From: a virus
Lineage: Duplodnaviria > Caudoviricetes
DNA length: 59,973 nt
Reading direction: 5' to 3' (one strand)
IMG/VR virus record: IMGVR_UViG_3300017743_000009
Location: 1-59,973 of that record
Below, in pieces: positions 54,059 to 59,973 of the stretch. The translations under genes were made by a program, and so were the position numbers. Positions within the stretch are counted from its first letter, which is position 1, and every line of letters begins with the position of its first letter. The notes below the pieces were generated by a model, which did no database searches, was not told the origin of the DNA, and saw nothing but the letters and a program-made list of their open reading frames with translations.

Positions 54059-56431
54059 ATGGCAAAAGATGGTAGCGGGACTTTCGACCAACCTAAAATA
54101 GGAAAGAAATTACCTAAAGGTCAAGGCGATCTTAAAACTAACGCACAAGTATTTGGGCTTATTGGTCAGCAGGTTATGCGTATTAATAAGTTAACTGCTG
54201 CAATAGATTCAGGAAACGCTACCCTTGTCAATACATTAGATACACAATTAAATCAAGCTAATAATCTAGCTGGTTCACAGCTAACAGTTTTAACAAATAT
54301 TCAATCTATACTAGGTAATATTGGCTCAAGCCTAGCCCCGCTTGCCGCATTTGCTACTGAGCAAAATGAAGGTAAAGTAGGTAAAGGGGGAATGATGTCC
54401 GGTATAGCTGGCTTCTTTTCACCAAATAAGCAGACTACAGCAGAGATAGATAAAAATACACAGGCAGTAAATAGGCTTGCTTCATCTTATAAAAATTTAG
54501 ATAAACAAGCTGGTAGAATGACAGGGGCAGGTTTAGGGGGAGGAATAGTTGGAGCTACAATAGGTGGTGCAATTGGTGGCCTTGGCAGGGCTGGAATGAT
54601 GGGTGGTGCAGTTGTTGGAGGCACTTTAGGATTACTAGGTGGTGGACTTTTAATGGTAACTGGTGCTTTGTATGTTGGCGCAAAAGCAGTAGAAACATTT
54701 GGTGAAGGTCTTATAAAAGTCGATGAAGGAATGAGAAGATTAAACGGCCTTGATCTTACAATAGACAAATTTAAACAATTAAACCTTGCAATAAACGCTA
54801 TTAATAAAGATATTCAGGCCGGGGAAGCATTAGGCTTTAATATATTCTCTAGATCTAACTTTGAAAATTTAGCAGCTGGTGTTACCACATTAAACAACAC
54901 GGAGCTTGATACCAAAGTTTTTGATGATCTAGGAGCTGCAATAACTAGCTTACAGACTCCAATTTTAGGAGCTGTTGGACTACAAATCTTTAATGCTACT
55001 AATTACCAAAAATTAAAAGATGGAGTAGAAACTTTAGCAGATATAGAAGTTGATCCTATGTTCGCATCAAGAATAGCAGAAGTAGGAAAAGGTATAGGTG
55101 ACTTTACAAGTAATTCTTATACATTCTGGAGCGGAAAAGGCGGGGTGTCTGTAATAGAAAAACTATCAGAAGTAAACCTTAAAAGTTTTGCTGATGGTAT
55201 CAACCATTTAAACTCTATTAAATATGATGATAAGCTACAAAGCAACCTAGCTGGTGCTGGAACAGCAATTGAAAAATTCTTAGATCCTTTAACTGACTAT
55301 TTTGGTAATGATAAAAAAGGTGCTAATATTATTACTACATTAGCTGAGAAAAATACCTTAAAGTCCTTAGCTTTTGGTCTAACAACATTGAACAATATGC
55401 CTAATAAAGAAAGGTTAAAAGAGAGTTTAACATTAATAGGTGAGAGTGTTAAAGCAATGTTAGACGGTTTTAAAAATGCTAAAGCTGCAGGGGTAATGAC
55501 ATCATTAACAGCAGAAGACTTTACTACTCTAGTAAAAGGTATGGAAGACCTTCAATCACTGGTATCTAAACCAGTAGATATACTTAATGACATGGGCGAA
55601 AAGGTAGGGTCAGTTAGAAATTCAGAAGTATTAAAATCAGATTTTGAAGCTTTAGGTCAATCTTTAACTGCATTAATGAGTGGATTAGAAAGATCAAAAG
55701 TAAACAGTTTAAGAAAGTTAACAGGGGCAGGATCTTTATTTGATAAGAATGCTTTAGTAGAATTAGAAGAGGGTATTGCAAGTTTGAATGCACTACCTGC
55801 TATAGATACAGAAAACTTTGAAAAGATAGGCCAAGCACTTTATAGTGTAGTCACAGGATCAAGAGGTAAAACAACTGCAGAAGAATTTACACAAATGCAA
55901 GATTCAGGATTTTGGGATAGATCGCTATTAGTTTTTGATAATGGTATGAATTATTTTGCTAGTATATTTAAAGAATCACCTCTTGAAGATGCCGCAAAAG
56001 GTATGCAATTAATGAGTGCTACTATTAAAAGTTATGAAGAAGTAGATGAGGAACAATTAACAAATTTTGTAACTGGTGCTAATGCAATACGTAATGTTAT
56101 GAGCACATTATCAGATGAAAATATTGCAGGAACTTCTAACTACGAGAAATTAAACAAGTTTATAAAAACAATATCTAAATTAGATGCAGATAACTTAAGT
56201 AATATATCAGAAATAGCTGATACTTTAGGTGTCGCTGTTCAAGGTCAAGCTATTACTGAAAGACAGGTCAATGCTTTAAGAACGGCTGTAGTACAGCAAG
56301 TGTTAAATACTTCAGTAATAGATAACTCATCACAAACAAACGTCACAGCACCCTCATCAAGTAAAACAATAACTTATGGTTCAGGTGGTTCGGCATCATA
56401 CGTTCCAGTATCAGTATTAGTTTCTAAATAA
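54059..56431 (+). CDS. Tape measure protein (gp29 functional analogue)
   Basis: 790-aa amphipathic helical protein with imperfect repeats, a Gly-zipper hydrophobic segment and a C-terminal DNSSQTNVT tail; downstream of gp26/gp51. Confidence 0.75.
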   Translation: MAKDGSGTFDQPKIGKKLPKGQGDLKTNAQVFGLIGQQVMRINKLTAAIDSGNATLVNTLDTQLNQANNLAGSQLTVLTNIQSILGNIGSSLAPLAAFATEQNEGKVGKGGMMSGIAGFFSPNKQTTAEIDKNTQAVNRLASSYKNLDKQAGRMTGAGLGGGIVGATIGGAIGGLGRAGMMGGAVVGGTLGLLGGGLLMVTGALYVGAKAVETFGEGLIKVDEGMRRLNGLDLTIDKFKQLNLAINAINKDIQAGEALGFNIFSRSNFENLAAGVTTLNNTELDTKVFDDLGAAITSLQTPILGAVGLQIFNATNYQKLKDGVETLADIEVDPMFASRIAEVGKGIGDFTSNSYTFWSGKGGVSVIEKLSEVNLKSFADGINHLNSIKYDDKLQSNLAGAGTAIEKFLDPLTDYFGNDKKGANIITTLAEKNTLKSLAFGLTTLNNMPNKERLKESLTLIGESVKAMLDGFKNAKAAGVMTSLTAEDFTTLVKGMEDLQSLVSKPVDILNDMGEKVGSVRNSEVLKSDFEALGQSLTALMSGLERSKVNSLRKLTGAGSLFDKNALVELEEGIASLNALPAIDTENFEKIGQALYSVVTGSRGKTTAEEFTQMQDSGFWDRSLLVFDNGMNYFASIFKESPLEDAAKGMQLMSATIKSYEEVDEEQLTNFVTGANAIRNVMSTLSDENIAGTSNYEKLNKFIKTISKLDADNLSNISEIADTLGVAVQGQAITERQVNALRTAVVQQVLNTSVIDNSSQTNVTAPSSSKTITYGSGGSASYVPVSVLVSK

Positions 56432-56432
56432 T

Positions 56433-56509
56433 TGGCGCACCCACCAGGAGTCGAACCTGGAACCTACAGCTTAGAAGGCTGTTGCTCTATCCAATTGAGC
56501 TATGGGCGC
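56433..56509 (-). tRNA. tRNA-Arg (anticodon UCU), CCA encoded
   Basis: Reverse complement GCGCCCATAGCTCAATTGGATAGAGCAACAGCCTTCTAAGCTGTAGGTTCCAGGTTCGACTCCTGGTGGGTGCGCCA (77 nt): acceptor stem, D arm, anticodon loop CT-TCT-AA, GTTCGA T-loop. Confidence 0.96.
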
Positions 56510-56515
56510 TCAAAC

Positions 56516-56546
56516 AAAAAAATGGGGCAGCATGATACCGCCCCCA
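56516..56546 (-). terminator. Rho-independent terminator after gp32
   Basis: GGGGCGGTA-TCA-TGCTGCCCC stem-loop followed by ATTTTTTT. Confidence 0.8.
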
Positions 56547-56558
56547 GAAGAGAATTAG

Positions 56559-57464
56559 CTATTCAGCTAATTTCTGAAAAAACGACATTGTGTCGTCATC
56601 ACCAGAGTCAGAAGAAAGAGGAACATCTTCATCGGCTGATGTAGTAGGAATAGATGGTGCAGCTATCTCAGGTTGAGGTTGAGGTGCTGAAGCAACTGGT
56701 TGACTACTTGTTTCACCTAAGGCTAAAACTCTATAGAGCTTAGTCTTTAATTCATCATATGTCTTGAAGTTTTCAGAAACAGTAAACTCATTAAGAGGAT
56801 ACTCTGTTTTCCAAACTGTTTCAAGCAAGCTGTCATCGCTACTTAGCGGTGCTGGACTATCAAATTCCGACTTATCATAATTCCTGTAACCTTCTACATT
56901 ACGTATTTTAAGCTTGAAGTCAGCTCCAGCCCAAAGGTCAAACGGGTTAACAGGATTTTCATCTTCAAATTGTGGGTTCATAAGATCATTTAATTTCTCA
57001 AAGATCTTTTTACCATATTTGTAGAGGAATACTTTACCTTCATTTTCAGGTCTAGTAGGGTCTTTAACAATATAAATGTTAGAATAAAAAGAAAGCCTTC
57101 TTTTATATTTTCTAACTAAGTCTTTATTAGCTTCAATACCTGAATTCCAGAGCATAGTATTATACTCAGATACAGGATCTTTCTGACCAACAGTAGTTAA
57201 AGATTTTTCGATATACCATTGCCCAGTAGGTCCTTGGAAGCCATGATCCCATACTCTTACGAATGGTACATCTTCATTTTCTGGTGCTGGTAAAAATCTG
57301 ATAACTGCATAACCGTTCCCTGCTTTATCAACATCAGGTTTCCAGATTCTATCATCTGGTCCATTTTGCTTTTTAGGACTGCTATCCAGTTTAGTTAGTG
57401 CCTCGGTAAGTTTATTAAGCTCAGAAGCCGAGTTCTTCTTAAGTGCTTCAAATGATTGCGACAT
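56559..57464 (-). CDS. gp32: Single-stranded DNA-binding protein
   Basis: DDRIWKP..DKAGNGYAVIRFLPAP, HGFQGP.G.WYIE.SLTT, GKVFLYKYGKKIF, RNYDKSEF; acidic tail FFQKLAE. Start placed at 57464 (AAGGAG RBS) rather than 57521. Confidence 0.97.
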   Translation of the reverse strand: MSQSFEALKKNSASELNKLTEALTKLDSSPKKQNGPDDRIWKPDVDKAGNGYAVIRFLPAPENEDVPFVRVWDHGFQGPTGQWYIEKSLTTVGQKDPVSEYNTMLWNSGIEANKDLVRKYKRRLSFYSNIYIVKDPTRPENEGKVFLYKYGKKIFEKLNDLMNPQFEDENPVNPFDLWAGADFKLKIRNVEGYRNYDKSEFDSPAPLSSDDSLLETVWKTEYPLNEFTVSENFKTYDELKTKLYRVLALGETSSQPVASAPQPQPEIAAPSIPTTSADEDVPLSSDSGDDDTMSFFQKLAE

Positions 57465-57473
57465 ATTATCTCC

Positions 57474-57514
57474 TTGCGTATTGCGGTATATATTGCGGTT
57501 TATTTGCGGTTTAT
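57474..57514 (-). repeat. Four short direct repeats (C)CGCAA in the gp32 leader
   Basis: ATAAACCGCAA-ATAAACCGCAA-TATATACCGCAA-TACGCAA-GGAG. Confidence 0.8.
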
Positions 57515-58104
57515 CTATCATTAAAATAATCCAAAGTAATGGTCTTAAACTTATCTAAATCTATAGATAGAAAAGGCCTATACTTGGTTATTATAGTATA
57601 TTTATCTTCCCAGATCAAGTCTTTTTGTAAATATTTGTTCCAAGTTTTACTATAATTCACTAGCATATCAAGTATGCACATTGTTTCAATACAAACTTCA
57701 TTTCTTAAATATAACCTAAGCAAGTGCGGATGGCCATACTTTTCGACAGCAAAGTTTTTATCAAAATTATCATCAAGATTACTTAACTCGTTTTTAAAAG
57801 TATAAGTTAAAGCTTCTTGTCTTTTTTTCCAGTTACGATATACATCTTCCGGTGCAGATTCTCTTAATTCACCAATCCAGAAATCTTTATCACCGTCAAC
57901 TATATTAGCTAAAAGGAAATTTTCTACATCTTTATGCTTAGATAACTTCATAAAAAAGTATTTGTCTTTTCTAATATTAAATGCGTGTTCAGATGCTCTT
58001 ACTTTACCGTTATAAGTAAAATAATTATAATGTTCTGTTGTAAAATGTTGCTTAAGAGCAAGATACTTTATATAAACCTCATAAGGGGATATCGTACTTT
58101 TCAT
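57511..58104 (-). CDS. gp59: Helicase loader
   Basis: Y..YLALK.HFT...Y.YF.YNGK, RKDKYFF.KLS, W.KR...L.Y.F, HP.LL..YL, I.KY.PF; start placed at MKSTIS (GAGG RBS). Confidence 0.92.
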   Translation of the reverse strand: MKSTISPYEVYIKYLALKQHFTTEHYNYFTYNGKVRASEHAFNIRKDKYFFMKLSKHKDVENFLLANIVDGDKDFWIGELRESAPEDVYRNWKKRQEALTYTFKNELSNLDDNFDKNFAVEKYGHPHLLRLYLRNEVCIETMCILDMLVNYSKTWNKYLQKDLIWEDKYTIITKYRPFLSIDLDKFKTITLDYFNDR

Positions 58105-58786
58105 AGTACCTCTTAAATCTATCGAACCCTTCGGAAGGGATTTGATCGTTTGTGCTCCACCAATCATAAAATTCCTCTAAATGATATAACCATATTATAG
58201 CTGAATATCTAATACCTTCTGTAACAGGAGTAACTCCATGATACATCCTTGAATCAAATAAAACAGCGTCACCTAAATTCAAATCAATATTTTTAGCATT
58301 GTATTCAAACGAATTCTGCTCACCATCGGGTTGAATTTTAAAGTCACCTCCATTATAGTCGCATTTATTATTAAGTGCAACTGTTATTGAAATCTTTCTT
58401 CTAGGACGTGAATTAATAATAAAATATTCTTCAGGGTCTGTTATTCTATTACCGTTACCGTCAATATAAACTTTATAGTTAATATCATCAGTATGATAGT
58501 CAAATTTAGCCCCTAGCCTTGAATCATATTTAAGAATACTAATAGACTCATTAGTATAAAATTTATTATTGAAAATACTATTAGCTTTTTTTATGATTTT
58601 TGATGGAATGCTACCTAATTCATGAAAATTTAGACCAACCATTTCAGTAATTCTAGATGAATCATATGAAAGCTCAGTACCTTTAGCATCTATAGAAGAA
58701 GCTCTTTCCCAGTCTCTATTACAGAGTGACATAAGATCAGTTACTTCTTCTCGCGATAGAAGATTTCTAACAACAAAACCTTCCAT
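58079..58786 (-). CDS. 2OG-Fe(II) oxygenase (prolyl-4-hydroxylase/PKHD-like)
   Basis: FDYHTD (HxD), RKISITVALN, Y.GGDF, LFDS...HGVTPVTEG.RYS...W. Confidence 0.9.
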   Translation of the reverse strand: MEGFVVRNLLSREEVTDLMSLCNRDWERASSIDAKGTELSYDSSRITEMVGLNFHELGSIPSKIIKKANSIFNNKFYTNESISILKYDSRLGAKFDYHTDDINYKVYIDGNGNRITDPEEYFIINSRPRRKISITVALNNKCDYNGGDFKIQPDGEQNSFEYNAKNIDLNLGDAVLFDSRMYHGVTPVTEGIRYSAIIWLYHLEEFYDWWSTNDQIPSEGFDRFKRYYEKYDIPL

Positions 58787-59049
58787 TAGATAGGGAGTTT
58801 ATTGCCAGATGCTTTTAATAATTTTTTACCTTCAGATTCAGCAGCAAGTTTAGCCTTTAATACATGACTATTCTTTACTAGAGAAGCTATTGTTTCTATT
58901 TCTACACTATTTTGATCTGCATAATGCGTAAGAGCATCTAAATAGCCTATTTTTTTATCATTAACAAAAGTTTCTATAGATAGAGCAAAGTCTTTTACTG
59001 TAATTATTTTTTCGTCTATTTGTTGTTGGATTGTTTTTTTATCCTGCAT
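58786..59049 (-). CDS. gp33: Late-transcription co-activator
   Basis: F...IE..V......Y.DA...Y.....EIE....L.....LK.K...E pattern, terminal LPI; synteny gp33-gp59-gp32. Confidence 0.85.
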   Translation of the reverse strand: MQDKKTIQQQIDEKIITVKDFALSIETFVNDKKIGYLDALTHYADQNSVEIETIASLVKNSHVLKAKLAAESEGKKLLKASGNKLPI

Positions 59050-59485
59050 TTCTCATTCTTTCAACTAATCTTTCTGATCTTTTACCAACTTGGTTATACC
59101 ACTTTGAGTCCATCATTTGATTAGCTGCCTCATCATAATTTTTTTCATCAAGAGCTCCAATAAATTTTTTAAATTTACTTAAACGAGTTCTTCCCATATT
59201 AAACATCATATTAATAAGTATTTCCTGCACCTCATCTAACTTTTCATCAAAGTCAGAAAATAATACTTTACACTCATTAACAGTAACTTCAAGATCATGG
59301 TCAAATACTTCTAAGCATCTTTCCTCTGAAACAGGAACACCAACATCTTGACCAAACTCAGGGTCGGATTCTAGAACTAAGTGTCCTATTCCGAATGTAG
59401 GATAACCTAAGTGATCTTTATAGATCTCATAAACTATACCTTCGTCAATTTTTAATTGATCAATTACTTTTTGTTTATCGTACAT
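59039..59485 (-). CDS. Lysozyme (GH24, T4 e-like endolysin)
   Basis: LKIDEG....YKDHLGYPTFGIGHL catalytic E-D-T triad; NMMFNMG; AA..M.DS.WY.QV..R..RL. Confidence 0.92.
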   Translation of the reverse strand: MYDKQKVIDQLKIDEGIVYEIYKDHLGYPTFGIGHLVLESDPEFGQDVGVPVSEERCLEVFDHDLEVTVNECKVLFSDFDEKLDEVQEILINMMFNMGRTRLSKFKKFIGALDEKNYDEAANQMMDSKWYNQVGKRSERLVERMRNAG

Positions 59486-59498
59486 ATTTACTCCGTAT

Positions 59499-59527
59499 AT
59501 TATATAATAGATTATGTATTAGTTCAA
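59499..59527 (-). promoter_or_regulatory. Sigma70-type promoter TTGAAC-N17-TATAAT
   Basis: Minus strand TTGAAC taatacataatctatta TATAAT atacggag; perfect -10 and 17-nt spacer. Confidence 0.7.
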
Positions 59528-59528
59528 C

Positions 59529-59536
59529 TATTTATT
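59529..59536 (-). promoter_or_regulatory. Late promoter AATAAATA upstream of the lysozyme gene
   Basis: NATAAATA box immediately upstream of the -35 element above. Confidence 0.6.
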
Positions 59537-59541
59537 ATACC

Positions 59542-59973
59542 TTAATTACAGTTTACATTATAACCATCAACGTGATAGTTAGCAGGTCCAGCACATCTTG
59601 ATGTCGTATTATACAGGTAATGGTTTCTTAAGACAACTATTGTTAGAACTACATTATAAAATACCATATCTTCGTAACTAGAGTTTGCAGCTAGAAGAGG
59701 AGCTGTAAGTCCCTTTTGTAATATGAATTGCCCTGCATTAGGTTTTTCAGGTAATAGAGGATTACCTTCTTTTATATTAGGATGATCATGTACATAATGA
59801 TATGACATACTCATATCTAAAAAATTCATAAGCCAAAAGTAGTTTAATTGAAAGTCAGTGGGCTCATTAACTACATGTATAAACCGTAACTTTTTCAGTC
59901 TTGCCCTTGACTTGGATTCTATCAACTTCTCTGAATTTTCCTTCTGTACTTGCTTCACGACTGAACTGTGATA
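59542..59973 (-). CDS. Hypothetical protein (5' end likely beyond the window)
   Basis: The frame stays open from the GTG at 59958 to the window edge; contains a hydrophobic segment and EGNPLLP. Confidence 0.6.
   Translation of the reverse strand, partial: YHSSVVKQVQKENSEKLIESKSRARLKKLRFIHVVNEPTDFQLNYFWLMNFLDMSMSYHYVHDHPNIKEGNPLLPEKPNAGQFILQKGLTAPLLAANSSYEDMVFYNVVLTIVVLRNHYLYNTTSRCAGPANYHVDGYNVNCN

Noticed and set aside
56433-56509. tRNA as a prophage attachment site
   Set aside because: Flanked on both sides by core T4-like genes; no integrase or host genes in the window.
56432-56644. 70-aa plus-strand ORF
   Set aside because: Antisense to tRNA-Arg, the terminator and the gp32 3' end.
57465-57521. 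N-terminal extension of gp32 given by the ORF track
   Set aside because: A strong AAGGAG RBS precedes ATG 57464; the extension is the repeat-containing leader. The gp59 extension to 58167 was rejected for the same reason.

Overview
A low-GC segment of a large T4-like myophage genome, probably marine with a proteobacterial-type host (inferred from strong GGAG/GAGG ribosome-binding sites and 2OG-Fe(II) oxygenases). It covers most of the tail/neck/packaging morphogenesis module. The minus strand carries gp19 (partial), gp18, gp17, gp16, gp15, gp14 and gp13, then about 25 kb of accessory fibre genes, then DUF4815/VrlC-like, gp8, gp7, gp6, gp25, gp5, gp27, gp53 and gp48. The plus strand carries gp4, gp2, gp54, gp26/gp51, a membrane protein and a tape measure protein. 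The window ends on the minus strand with tRNA-Arg(UCU), gp32, gp59, a 2OG-Fe(II) oxygenase, gp33 and a lysozyme. The most striking signal is a pair of paralogous Tyr/Phe-Arg repeat proteins (1505 aa and 822 aa). In the 1505-aa protein the repeat blocks match in number and co-vary in mirror order around a conserved central domain, implying an out-and-back antiparallel beta-hairpin fibre of roughly 175 nm if extended; the 822-aa protein shows the same plan at roughly 65-70 nm. They are followed directly by a late-expressed cassette of a putative chaperone, a GT-A glycosyltransferase and an atypical HxN 2OG-Fe(II) oxygenase, which may modify the fibres. Other notable signals are a canonical -1 frameshift cassette joining gp26 to a start-less gp51, blue-copper-type ligand sets in two fibre proteins, a DGG / KR..GELA daisy chain of fibre subunits, a shared leader motif, and promoter geometries implying leaderless mRNAs and lysozyme timing control. 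All annotations come from manual motif recognition and synteny; no searches were run.
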